A stretch of 64,000 bases of DNA from Dehalococcoidia bacterium (GCA_963555985.3 OY820591.1:1088001-1152000); one strand, 5' to 3'; shown: positions 36,891 through 46,626, counted from the stretch's first letter. Notes: generated by a model not told the origin, from the sequence alone. Numbers and translations: made by a program.

Positions 36891-38219
36891 ATGGTTACGG
36901 CTGAACACCCTGGACTGACGCTGGACACGCTCGACATCACGGATACGTCGCTCTACGTGGAGCATGGCTATCCGTGGGCGGCTTGGGACCTACTGCGACG
37001 GGAGGCACCGGTGTATTGGTACCAGCGGCCGAATTTCGAGCCGTTCTGGGCGATCACCAAGCACGCGGATATCCGCTACATCTCGTCGCATCCGGAGTTG
37101 TTCTCGAACACGCAGCTGCTTCGGATGAACGATCACGACTCGATCGGCATCATCGAGCGTGGACGCGAGGTGAATGCGAATCGCTACGGGGGTCATCCGA
37201 GTGAGCCGCCGGACTTCATCTTCATGGACCCGCCGGAGCACCGGGAGCACCGGCGGCTGGTGGCGCATCACTTCACGCCGCGGATGATGAAGAGGCTCGA
37301 GGACCACTTTGCGGAGATGTCGGAGAACTACATCTCGACGTTCGCGGATCACATCGTGGCGGACTTCGCAGAGCGAGGGAAGACCAGCGCCCTGGACGTG
37401 GTGCATGAGGTGTCGGCGTTGCTGCCGGTGGCGGCGATCTGCGACATGGCGGGGGTGCCGGAGGAGGATTGGTCGCAGATTTTCCACTGGACGGAGACGA
37501 GCGCGGGCGCAGCCGATCCGGAGTTCCGGCTGCCCGGCGAAGACCGCGAGCAGACGATCCGGCGGGTGAATCTGGAGTTCAACCGGTACAACGAGGGTCT
37601 GGTGCGGAACCGCGAAGCGTATGGGTTGGGCGACGACCTGCTCAGCGATCTGATGCGGGCCGAGGTCGGCGGCGAACACTTGACGCCGCGTGAGATCTCG
37701 TCGTACTTCCGCTTGCTGATTGGGGCGGGGAACGAAACGACCCGCAACTCGATCACTGGCGGGGTGAAGGCGTTGCTGGAACACCGAGATCAACTCGACG
37801 ACCTGATTGCGAACCCGGAGTTGATCCCCTCGGCGGTTGAGGAGATCCTGCGCTGGACGTCGATCGTGATCCAATTCCAGCGGACGGTGACGGAGGACCT
37901 CGAACTGCGGGGCAAGCAGCTTCGTAAGGGCGACTCGATCGTGATGTGGTATCCGTCGGCGAACCGGGACGAGGAAGTGTTCCCGGATCCGTACAAGTTC
38001 GACATCCGGCGGGACCCAAACGATCACTTCGCGTTTGGCGGGTACGGCGAGCACTTCTGCCTGGGGGCGAACCTGGCACGCTGGGAGATGCGGGCCATCT
38101 TTCATGCTCTACTGCCGATTTTGCCGAACCTGGAGCTCGCCGGTGAGCCGGAGATGGTTCCGCAGAGCTTGCATGTCGGCGGGATCAAGCGGCAGATGGT
38201 GCGGTACCGGCCGAGCTAG
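36891..38219 (+). CDS. Cytochrome P450 (paralog 3)
   Basis: GAGNETT, EEILR, GEHFCLG; AGGAG RBS. Confidence 0.95.
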   Translation: MVTAEHPGLTLDTLDITDTSLYVEHGYPWAAWDLLRREAPVYWYQRPNFEPFWAITKHADIRYISSHPELFSNTQLLRMNDHDSIGIIERGREVNANRYGGHPSEPPDFIFMDPPEHREHRRLVAHHFTPRMMKRLEDHFAEMSENYISTFADHIVADFAERGKTSALDVVHEVSALLPVAAICDMAGVPEEDWSQIFHWTETSAGAADPEFRLPGEDREQTIRRVNLEFNRYNEGLVRNREAYGLGDDLLSDLMRAEVGGEHLTPREISSYFRLLIGAGNETTRNSITGGVKALLEHRDQLDDLIANPELIPSAVEEILRWTSIVIQFQRTVTEDLELRGKQLRKGDSIVMWYPSANRDEEVFPDPYKFDIRRDPNDHFAFGGYGEHFCLGANLARWEMRAIFHALLPILPNLELAGEPEMVPQSLHVGGIKRQMVRYRPS

Positions 38220-38222
38220 CTG

Positions 38223-41204
38223 GTGCCGCTGCTGCGCCGGCCTGCCCTGATCGTTCTGGCGCTGTCGGCGCTGTCGTTCGCAGCGCTGATCGGCTGGTGG
38301 CCTTCGGCGGGCGCCGACGAGCCGGACGCCGAGTATCGGCTTGGCGGTCAGATTCTGACCCGGCTGCGGGATGACGGCCGGATTGAATTCTGTTTTCGGC
38401 CTGAAGGCCAAACGCTGGTTTGCCCGCACTTGCGCCTGCTCAATCTGGAACGGGCGCAGCCGGAGCAATGGGTTGGGAGCAGCGAATTCAGATGGCAGGT
38501 TCCCGCTGACGCGGATCGGATCGTCTATCCGACGCTGATTGCACCTGCGCAGCCCGACGATTCCGGTTGCACACCCGACTTCAGGCGCATGTTCGCGGCG
38601 ATCTGGAAAGTTGAGACCACTCGTTCTTTTGCCACTGCCTTCCACATTGGAGGCGGCCGCTTCATTACGGCGCACCATGCCGTCCAACGGCGGCCACCGT
38701 TCGTTTCGCTGATTCACGGCGAGCGGACGGTTGCGGCGGGGGTGATTGGGTTTGATCCCGAATTCGATCTGGCGTTGCTTGAAGTGGAGGTACCGGCACT
38801 GGTTCAGGATCTGCCGTCGTTGCGGCTCCGCGCACCGACTCCGGCCGATGTGGGTAAGCCTGTCTATCTGATCGGGTATCCGGGCGGTGAAGCGCTGACG
38901 CTGCACGGCGGCGGCGTGGTCGCGCAGGTTTGGGACGATGTGATTCAGACCAGCAGCGCTTCGCGCGGGGGCACGAGCGGTGGGCCGATGTTCGACGAAT
39001 GCGGCGACGTGATCGGCGTTCACTGGGCGGGCAGCAGCGATTGGGCATACACGAGCTCCGGGGCGGCGTTGATTGACGCACTCGAGCGGATCAATGGACA
39101 GTGGCCAAGCTGGCCGCGCGTGCCCGGCGATCTTCCTGCTCCGCTCGATGCGCCGGGGCGCTTGGTCTGGCACTACGAGGCAGCACCGCCGGCGCAGGTT
39201 GACTGTTCGGAGCTCGATGCTGAGTGGTGGATCGGCCTCGCTGGTGTTGGCGGCGAGCTTGAGGTGCGGGCTGATTTGGAACGCAGCGGCTGGCGGCAGA
39301 TCGGCGTCTGCGGCGCAGACGGTCCAGAGGACTATGACAACGGGAGTACCTATATCGCTGCATTGGCGCGCGCGCCTATCGACGGTTCTGGTGAAGCAGG
39401 CGTGCGCTGCGAGCCGGCCGCCGCTGGCCAGAGCGATGTGCTCTACGAGTCGCTGGCAGTGTTCGGGGCGGCGCGTCTGATCGTGCATGACGAGACGCCG
39501 CTTTGCGACGATCAGGTCGATTACCGGCTGCGGATCGACCTTGATCAGCCTCGCTCGTTTGGCGAGACACTCAGCGCAACCCTGATCGGCCGCGACGGCC
39601 GCCTGGTGGTGGGTGATTGGGCGGGGAAGTCTTACCAGGGAGTGTCGTCGTCTGTGGACTCGCCGATTGTTACGTTCTGGCAAGAGTGGATGGCGGCGGC
39701 TGACTTCGAGCCGGTTGCATTTCGGGTTGTGCTCGGTTCCGAGCGGTGGACGATCCCGATTGAGTCTGCTCCCCGCGCGGAGAGCGGGTTGGGTTCGCCT
39801 CTTCCTGAGGGAGCATTTGTCGAGCAATCGGGGCGGATCATGGTTCGGGTTGAGGAGGGGGGCAGTGTCTTGCGTGCGTGCTTTCAGGCGGACAGCGGAG
39901 CGCGGATCTGTCCGGAGAGCGGCGTTCTTCGGCTTGACGGCTTGATTCCCTATCGCTGGCGGGAGTCGCCGCCGCTTCGTTGGACGGCGGAGCTTCCGGC
40001 TGAGGCCGTACCGGAGCTGATTTACTCGCGTCCGCGCACTGATCGCTCCTGCGCGTATCAGGATTCGGTGCAGCTCTCGGGTTGGCAACTGAATACGTTG
40101 GCCGGTACCGAGACGGCGGTGTACGTGGGCGAGGGGCAGTTCCTCGTGAGTCGGTATCGGCTGCCGGATACTGCGCCCTGGGGTGTGGTCGCTCGCGGTG
40201 AGATTGCGCTGCCGGTGATTGGAGTGGCGACAGACCCGCGCAACGATTTGGCGCTCGTCGAAATCTTCGATCCGGAGGCCGAGTTGGATCTTGGCCCGCC
40301 GGCGGTGTTCGGCTCGACCAGCGAGGCGTTGATCGGCGCTGACGCTCACCTGGTCGTCTATCCGGAAGGATCGGCGCGGCGATTCACTGTGGCTGCGGTT
40401 GCGGTGGCGGAGTTGAGCGAGCGGGTGCTGAGAGTGGAGCCGACGGGGATTCGCAGGCACGGCGGCCCTCTGATCGATCTCTGCACCGGTCAGTTGCTTG
40501 GCTTGGCGCTTGGCGGCGATGATCTGTTGCGGGCGGAGACGGTCGCGGCTTCGCTGGCGGAGATGCGCAAGCGAATTGCGCGGCCGGTCTTCCCGCAGGA
40601 CGGGCCGCCTGCACATGGTTCCGCCGCGGCGTACCCGCAGCCGCTTTACGCGGGCGCGGTTCAGCCGGAGTTCTCGGGCAGGGTCTGCTTGATCCAGCCT
40701 TCGGAACGCTATGGGCAGCGCTATGCGGTGTATGTGTCCACGATCGACAATCCCGATGTGTGGCAGGTCTATGAGAAGGACGACGAGCGGCCTCAGACCT
40801 GCGACTTTGGGGACAAGATTTTCATTGTGGAGTATCGCGCGGAACAGCCGCCGTCGGCGGTCTGCATCGAACCTCGGCGCCCGCTTTCTCCGCTTTCCAA
40901 CGTTGAGTGGGGGCTCGAGGCTCCGAAGGGGATTGCGCTGTTCCTGGCCCGCGAATTTCCGCGCAACGATTGTCCGGGGTTGTCGAAGACGGAGCGGACG
41001 AGGTGGTTCTCGACCCACTATTTCGAGTTGCGCAATACGAGCGAGTACGACTTTGTCGATCTCACGGTGCGGGTTGTGAATGAGGCGGGCAAGGAGTTCA
41101 CGCCGCGCCGCGACCGGCACAGCTTCGCCGATTCTGACATCTGGGCTTGGCGGGTGGACGTCACGGAGGGGGAGCCGGTGAAGGTGGTGGTGACGGTGGA
41201 GTGA
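38223..41204 (+). CDS. Large secreted protein with trypsin-like peptidase domains (internal duplication)
   Basis: Signal peptide; FITAHH/DLALL/GTSGGP triad; second degenerate copy DLALV/RHGGPL. Confidence 0.75.
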   Translation: MPLLRRPALIVLALSALSFAALIGWWPSAGADEPDAEYRLGGQILTRLRDDGRIEFCFRPEGQTLVCPHLRLLNLERAQPEQWVGSSEFRWQVPADADRIVYPTLIAPAQPDDSGCTPDFRRMFAAIWKVETTRSFATAFHIGGGRFITAHHAVQRRPPFVSLIHGERTVAAGVIGFDPEFDLALLEVEVPALVQDLPSLRLRAPTPADVGKPVYLIGYPGGEALTLHGGGVVAQVWDDVIQTSSASRGGTSGGPMFDECGDVIGVHWAGSSDWAYTSSGAALIDALERINGQWPSWPRVPGDLPAPLDAPGRLVWHYEAAPPAQVDCSELDAEWWIGLAGVGGELEVRADLERSGWRQIGVCGADGPEDYDNGSTYIAALARAPIDGSGEAGVRCEPAAAGQSDVLYESLAVFGAARLIVHDETPLCDDQVDYRLRIDLDQPRSFGETLSATLIGRDGRLVVGDWAGKSYQGVSSSVDSPIVTFWQEWMAAADFEPVAFRVVLGSERWTIPIESAPRAESGLGSPLPEGAFVEQSGRIMVRVEEGGSVLRACFQADSGARICPESGVLRLDGLIPYRWRESPPLRWTAELPAEAVPELIYSRPRTDRSCAYQDSVQLSGWQLNTLAGTETAVYVGEGQFLVSRYRLPDTAPWGVVARGEIALPVIGVATDPRNDLALVEIFDPEAELDLGPPAVFGSTSEALIGADAHLVVYPEGSARRFTVAAVAVAELSERVLRVEPTGIRRHGGPLIDLCTGQLLGLALGGDDLLRAETVAASLAEMRKRIARPVFPQDGPPAHGSAAAYPQPLYAGAVQPEFSGRVCLIQPSERYGQRYAVYVSTIDNPDVWQVYEKDDERPQTCDFGDKIFIVEYRAEQPPSAVCIEPRRPLSPLSNVEWGLEAPKGIALFLAREFPRNDCPGLSKTERTRWFSTHYFELRNTSEYDFVDLTVRVVNEAGKEFTPRRDRHSFADSDIWAWRVDVTEGEPVKVVVTVE

Positions 41205-41235
41205 GGTTGCGCTGGTTAGCTGGCTGCGGTTGGAA

Positions 41236-41496
41236 TCAGTCGAAGACGGCGATTACGATTGAGAGGACGGCCACTGCGACGCCTGCGATCAAGAGCACGC
41301 CGAGCAGGAGCTGATTGCGTAGTTCGGCCATGTCTTTGCGTAGTTCGGCGGTTTGTTGGTTGAGGCGGGCTTCGAAGAACTTGCGGCCGACGTATTCTTC
41401 CGCGATCGCGCTGGTGGCTTCATCGGCCGGTTCCTCTTCGGCGCCCATTGAGCGGAAGGCTCGACGCAGGCGCAGGACCGGATCCATCGTTGCCAC
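41236..41496 (-). CDS. Small coiled-coil protein with C-terminal TM helix
   Basis: GAGGAGG RBS and TAGACT -10; heptads AELRKDMAELRNQ; hydrophobic tail. Confidence 0.6.
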   Translation of the reverse strand: MATMDPVLRLRRAFRSMGAEEEPADEATSAIAEEYVGRKFFEARLNQQTAELRKDMAELRNQLLLGVLLIAGVAVAVLSIVIAVFD

Positions 41497-41521
41497 GTTT
41501 GGCCTCCTCGTCTGTCTCAGT

Positions 41522-41617
41522 CTATCCGACTCGGGCGCGGTCGTTTCGCGGCTGGGTGGTCTCGTCTCTAGGAGTGAAGACCGCTCGGGACTTTTTGCCG
41601 CCGTGGATTTGGGATTC
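41522..41617 (-). pseudogene. Orphan 3' end of a paralogous type IIG-like R-M gene
   Basis: ESQIHGGKKSRAVFTPRDETTQPRNDR aligns without gaps to EPQIHGGKKSRVLFTPTGEKSVSRSDR (43316-43402). Confidence 0.75.
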
Positions 41618-41700
41618 GCGGGGGGGGTGTTCGGCGGGCGGGCGAATTTTTGGGTGGATGACGTGAATTTGCCGCCTGGGGCGGCGAATTGCGGGTTGAG

Positions 41701-41942
41701 GTGTTCGGTTCTGTTTCATTTTGTTTCATTTTGTTTCATTTTGTTTCACGTGGTTCGGATTTTGGGGTGCGTTGGGCGGCCTTGGGCGTGTCGGTTCTGG
41801 TCGGTTCGGGAGTGTTTGGGCGGGGGCGGTTGGTCATGGCGGGCTTGGCTCGATGGCTGGGTTGGGGTTAGGCGTAGGCCATCATATACGGACTGGTGTG
41901 CTATGGCGGTCGCGGATTGGGACGTGTGTTGCGGGTGTGACA
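41701..41942 (-). other. Dispersed intergenic element B (TGTCAC, GCAC-N4-GTCC box, (aaaatgaaac)n)
   Basis: Minus strand acaccagtccg is identical to element A; same 10-mer tandem. Confidence 0.55.
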
Positions 41943-42008
41943 GTTGAGTGGGGCTGGGGATGTTGGGGGATGGCGATGACGGTTGTGGCGTCCTCGCGGC
42001 GTTTGGGC

Positions 42009-42833
42009 TCATGTGGACGTGTGGCTCGCTGAAGCTGTCAATCTCGTTGGCGGTTCGGCCACTCGCCGCAAGAGCTTGCGACTGAGGTCGGTGGTCGATT
42101 CGAGCGACGAGATCATGTCGCCACCGACATCGGAGAGCCGGGCGAGGTCGGCCCTCGGGATTTCGGCCTGGTTCTCGAAGACGATGATCGACTCGAAATC
42201 CAGGTTGTGGCGGTGGAAATGACCGAGCATGATCGTGGTCAAGCGGGCTTTGTCGCGATTGGGTACGCCGTAGAGGAACAGGGGAGTGCCGCTTTTGCCT
42301 TCGATCCGGTAGTCGACGGGATAGGCGTCGGCATTGGGGACCTCCGGCAGATAGTCCTTCTCCAGCTTGGACTCGTCCACGAAGTCGTTGAGGTAGTCGG
42401 CCAGGTCGTCGTAGAAGGTGGAGCCGACGTTGGAGCGCGAGAGCAGGGTGAGGTCGTAGATGCGAGTGAGCCCCTGGCCGAAATCGAAGATCGCCTCCGG
42501 CAGCCGCTCCGCCGATGTTTCGACTGTGAACACGCCTTCGTTGTACGACATGCCGCTCTCGCCGACGATGCGCTCCAGCAGCATCCCGCGCGTGCCGGTG
42601 AGGAAGGTGTCGACGTCATGCTCGTAGCTGATGTGCATGAGCGTGTGGCCGTAATCGGAGAGGCGCAGCCCGCCCGACGGGGACTCCGCCAGATGGAAGG
42701 GGTAGCCGTCGCCGTCGGGGAATCTGAAGTGGGTGCGCAGCATGAGCGCACCGTCCGGGCGCTCGACCACGCTCACGTCCTCGCAGAGACGGGAACAGAG
42801 CAAGTCTCTGAGGGCTTCGGCGTCCAGCGTCAT
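42009..42833 (-). CDS. DUF1828/DUF1829-like protein
   Basis: THFRFPDGD...LRLSDYGHTL N-domain; C-domain YPVDYRI. Confidence 0.7.
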   Translation of the reverse strand: MTLDAEALRDLLCSRLCEDVSVVERPDGALMLRTHFRFPDGDGYPFHLAESPSGGLRLSDYGHTLMHISYEHDVDTFLTGTRGMLLERIVGESGMSYNEGVFTVETSAERLPEAIFDFGQGLTRIYDLTLLSRSNVGSTFYDDLADYLNDFVDESKLEKDYLPEVPNADAYPVDYRIEGKSGTPLFLYGVPNRDKARLTTIMLGHFHRHNLDFESIIVFENQAEIPRADLARLSDVGGDMISSLESTTDLSRKLLRRVAEPPTRLTASASHTST

Positions 42834-43294
42834 AGCAGCCTTCTCTGGTCCGGCTCCGGTGGCGGAATCCCGGCGACTCGGAAGTCGTCGAGCAGACACC
42901 TGAATGCCCCGTTGAGGGTAGTAAATCTGTCGGTCTCTTCGGCCTCGGACTCGGGTTTCCTGCCCGCCGCGATGGCTCTTGCCGTGGCGCGGTGAATGTG
43001 TGGACGGAACTCGATCTCGCCGTGAATGTGGCTGGGGCCGTTGTAACGCGCCAGCGTGAGCCTGGTATCGCCTGGCGGGATGAAGGCAATGCCGCAGGAG
43101 AAATTGCTGTCGTCGAGCATGCTCTGGCGCTGGTAGATCGCGAAGGCGATCTCGTCGTCGTCCCCTGCGATGAGCTGGAAGTTGCGCTGACGGTGACCGG
43201 GCTTGTCGACCCAGCGCGCGCCCGGATTGGCGACCATCTTGGGCAATGCCCAAAGCGCCGCCAGTTCGTCGTCACTGTAGAGCTTGATTGCCAT
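42830..43294 (-). CDS. DUF6978-like hypothetical protein, coupled to the DUF1828-like gene
   Basis: LARYNGPSHIH...PHIH His-rich motif; ATGA overlap with the downstream gene. Confidence 0.6.
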   Translation of the reverse strand: MAIKLYSDDELAALWALPKMVANPGARWVDKPGHRQRNFQLIAGDDDEIAFAIYQRQSMLDDSNFSCGIAFIPPGDTRLTLARYNGPSHIHGEIEFRPHIHRATARAIAAGRKPESEAEETDRFTTLNGAFRCLLDDFRVAGIPPPEPDQRRLL

Positions 43295-43315
43295 GCACGG
43301 AGCATACGGGCAGGG

Positions 43316-46300
43316 CTAGGTGCGGTCGGAGCGAGAGACGGACTTCTCGCCGGTGGGGGTGAAGAGGACGCGGGACTTTTTGCCTCCGTGGATTTGGGGT
43401 TCTTGGGCTAGTTTTCGGCGGATGAGGTCGATGGGGCCGCCCTCGGCGACGAGGGACTCGGGGAGGCCGAGGACATCGACCAGGATGGCGCGATCCAGTT
43501 TGGCTCGGGCGGAGTCTTCGTCGATCTGGTCGAAGGGGAGGAAGCGTTCGTTGCTGAGGGCTTGGAATTGGTTCTTGGCTTCGGCGTGTTGGGCGTCGGT
43601 GAGGGCTCGGGTGTCGAGGGTGGGGAGCATTGGGATTTTGGTCACGCTGACGTTGCCCCTGCCCTTCTGGCGCTTGTTCGCGATCCACCAGTACATCAGC
43701 AGGCCGAGCGTCGAATTCGACCAGAGAATGAACGCATACTCATGATCAGAAATTTCGAACAGCACAGTTGGCCATGCCTGTCCGCCGATGGCTCTGTGTT
43801 CCGTCGTAGCGACCACGAGTGATTGCGAGTTGAACTGAAGGTCGCGATTGAGATGCACTCTCGATGCAGCCGCTCTGATCGCTTCCGCCGCCTGGTTGAC
43901 TTTCGGTTGGCGCTCTGCGGGAACTTTGCGGACTTCGCCTTCTGCGTCAGGTACGACAATCAAGCGTCGCTCGGCGGGCGCGTGATGGCCCCAGAGAATA
44001 GGGTGGGTAGGGACCGCGGATCTCGGCGGCTTGTGGACTAGGAATGGTCCACGATCTGTGCCCCCGCGAGTATCCGCTTTCACGTCACGGTCGACTGGGC
44101 CGCGGTTTGCGATGTTCCGCAACTCAGTGATCGGTATGGGAATGTCAGCGCCTTGCGGTTGGTCAAACTGTGCGAGCGCGCCCTGCGCCAGGCGATAGGC
44201 GACGGCCGCGACTTCGAGGTCCGAGACGCCAACGAACGGCCATGGTTTTCCGAGTTCGAGCGGAGCCAGCACCGCTTGCCCGTAGACGGTATCTCCGAGT
44301 TGGATCGTTGCTGTAGCGCCTGTCGTTGTTTGATTCGGTTGCTCACGCAATTGCCGGCAGGTCTGTTGGACGGCCGATGCGAGTAGGCTGCCGGACACTG
44401 CATCACGAGGACGCTCTTTGAGCACAACGAATGCGCCGAGCGGCGGTGATGACGGGGAGGCTTCGCGCCGGGCAATGACGAGACATTCGGCGATATTGGT
44501 GTCGTCGGAGAAGGCGCGAGTTTCGGAGCCGGACTGGGCGATCGTGATCACGGTGAGGTCCGTGTAGTCGGTGATCCAGCGATCGCGGATTGCGCGCCAG
44601 GCTTGTCCGGACATGGCGCTTAAGGGCAGCACCAGAGCGACGGTACCGCCGGCCCGGAGCTTGACATCCGCCAAATCGATAAAATTCGATGCGATGCCGG
44701 CGTTGCCATGGCCGGCGCCATTCGCCTGCCTCGTGAGGAGAGCGCAGCGGTTCGACATCAGCTTCTGCTGATCGGTCGTCGCTTCGAATGCCGCGAATGC
44801 AGGAATGAGTACCGTCTCGTCTTGGACTTCGGGATTCGTCGGCGAAGTGAACGGCGGGTTCATGATGACGATGTCAAAGGAGCGGTGTCCGACGCGGGCG
44901 ACGATGTCTTCAACGTCCTCACGCCGCCTGCCGCCGGCGGCGACTGCGGCTGCACGTTGAATCAGGGTTGCGTTGATGCCCTCTGGGAGCAGTTCGAGCG
45001 ATCCGGTGACCACTTCAGAGCCGTTTGATTCCTCGGACTGGGGGCCGTGCGGCATCGTGAGCAAGCTGTCGCCGGCGAAGGGGACATCGGGATGCGCTCC
45101 GGCGAGCATGGCGGCGGTCAAATGCACTGCGATGTTCAGTACGTCGAGACCGACCAAGCCAGTCTCCATCATCGTCGCGTGGAGGGTGCGCGGATCGCCG
45201 CCGTGCAACTCATACAAGAGAGATATGTGCTGGTAGGCAGCCGACAACAAGGTGCCGGTTCCGCAGGCGAAGTCGCCGACGCGGAAGGTTGACAGAGCTT
45301 CGGAATCGGACCATTCGGTTTCGGCGGTCGGGCGGTTGCTGTCGATCGCCATTCCCGCTAGCAGAGCCGCGGCACCGGGCCGCGTGTAGTAGGTAGCCAG
45401 GAATTTACGATCTGAGATCAGCCGCTGGAAGATGGTGCCGGTGAGGTCATGCGATCTCGTCACGCCGGCCTGGAACAGTAGGTGGACAGCGTCCCACAAT
45501 ACCTCCAGTACGCGGGCCTGGGCGCCCAAGGGGATCACGCGCAGCAGCTCCAAAGCGGTAGCGAATATGGGCCAGTAGTTGACGCGCAGGATCGCACGCC
45601 ATTCGTCGTACAGGTCGGGGATGTGGTAAATCTCTCTGTCAAAGCGGAATTCCGACAGAGGGCGCACGGTCCGCCAGTTGTCCCCGTCGTTGATCTCGAA
45701 CTTAGTGGTGGCCAGGGCGGCGTGGAAGATAAGCCCATTGGCGAGCACGGTCATGGCCATACGACGGGTCTGGCTCGCCTGATCGTCAGCCTGGGCGAGG
45801 ATTCGCGCTAGTTGCGCGCCTGGCGAATTGGGCGAATGAGAGGGATACATCTGTGTGAAAGACCCCGCTGCCGCATACACGCCGTCTTCCAAGATCCTCC
45901 CCAAGCGCTCAACCCGGGGTGCGGGGGTGGAGGCACGGTGGGCGAGCGCCGCTAAGTCCTTCACTGAACCTCGCAGCCAGCCGGACTCAGGCAAGCGTTC
46001 CTCGCCGCCCGCCAATGTCTGTGTGTACAGCGCGTATTGGAGTTGCTCGGAGCGCCCGATCGCATCCCGGAGCGCTTGGCCTTGCAGGTCTAGCACCGAT
46101 TGCGGATATACCAGCGCGATTGCGCTCTCGATCGGTTTGCCTGTCTCTTGGACGATCTGGCCCAGCCGCTCCCTCGCGTCGCTTTCAGCGCTTGAGTGGT
46201 TGGTTCGTTCGGCCTCGATCACGACCGGCCACTGGGAGGCTTCCTCGAGCAGGATGTCGGGGCGCTTGTTGAAGTCGCGCAGGGTGCGAGTCTGTTCGGC

Positions 46301-46381
46301 GTGGACACGCCAACTGTGCGGGCGTAGCTCTTGCAAGACCTCGCCGAGGGCGATGTTGATGGTGTGTTCGTGGGTGGCCAC
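43316..46381 (-). CDS. Type IIG-like restriction-modification fusion (nuclease + amino-methyltransferase + TRD)
   Basis: RPDILL...VVIEAE nuclease-like motif; YYTRP, DFACGTGTLL, IVIMNPPF. Confidence 0.85.
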   Translation of the reverse strand: MATHEHTINIALGEVLQELRPHSWRVHAEQTRTLRDFNKRPDILLEEASQWPVVIEAERTNHSSAESDARERLGQIVQETGKPIESAIALVYPQSVLDLQGQALRDAIGRSEQLQYALYTQTLAGGEERLPESGWLRGSVKDLAALAHRASTPAPRVERLGRILEDGVYAAAGSFTQMYPSHSPNSPGAQLARILAQADDQASQTRRMAMTVLANGLIFHAALATTKFEINDGDNWRTVRPLSEFRFDREIYHIPDLYDEWRAILRVNYWPIFATALELLRVIPLGAQARVLEVLWDAVHLLFQAGVTRSHDLTGTIFQRLISDRKFLATYYTRPGAAALLAGMAIDSNRPTAETEWSDSEALSTFRVGDFACGTGTLLSAAYQHISLLYELHGGDPRTLHATMMETGLVGLDVLNIAVHLTAAMLAGAHPDVPFAGDSLLTMPHGPQSEESNGSEVVTGSLELLPEGINATLIQRAAAVAAGGRRREDVEDIVARVGHRSFDIVIMNPPFTSPTNPEVQDETVLIPAFAAFEATTDQQKLMSNRCALLTRQANGAGHGNAGIASNFIDLADVKLRAGGTVALVLPLSAMSGQAWRAIRDRWITDYTDLTVITIAQSGSETRAFSDDTNIAECLVIARREASPSSPPLGAFVVLKERPRDAVSGSLLASAVQQTCRQLREQPNQTTTGATATIQLGDTVYGQAVLAPLELGKPWPFVGVSDLEVAAVAYRLAQGALAQFDQPQGADIPIPITELRNIANRGPVDRDVKADTRGGTDRGPFLVHKPPRSAVPTHPILWGHHAPAERRLIVVPDAEGEVRKVPAERQPKVNQAAEAIRAAASRVHLNRDLQFNSQSLVVATTEHRAIGGQAWPTVLFEISDHEYAFILWSNSTLGLLMYWWIANKRQKGRGNVSVTKIPMLPTLDTRALTDAQHAEAKNQFQALSNERFLPFDQIDEDSARAKLDRAILVDVLGLPESLVAEGGPIDLIRRKLAQEPQIHGGKKSRVLFTPTGEKSVSRSDRT

Positions 46382-46389
46382 TGAGGTGG

Positions 46390-46581
46390 TTAGTCCTCGA
46401 GGGAGATGGCGGCGCGGGGGCAGGTTCGGACGGCTCGGATGACGTTGGCTTCTTCGGATTCGGGGACGACGTCGACGAGGACGTGGGAGAGGTCGTCGTC
46501 GCGGACTTCGAAGACCACTTCGGTGGCTTCCATGCACTTGGCGTGGCCCTCGCAGAGGCTGGTGTCGATCTTGACTTTCAT
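46390..46581 (-). CDS. [3Fe-4S]-type ferredoxin (P450 partner type)
   Basis: CEGHAKC...CPRAAI. Confidence 0.88.
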   Translation of the reverse strand: MKVKIDTSLCEGHAKCMEATEVVFEVRDDDLSHVLVDVVPESEEANVIRAVRTCPRAAISLED

Positions 46582-46626
46582 CTCGGGGCCTCCCTCGTCG
46601 GTGCGGCTGCTGCCGTTCGGCTCAGT

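Noticed and set aside
46382-46537. N-terminal extension of the R-M ORF
   Set aside because: Overlaps the ferredoxin gene in another frame; start assigned at 46381
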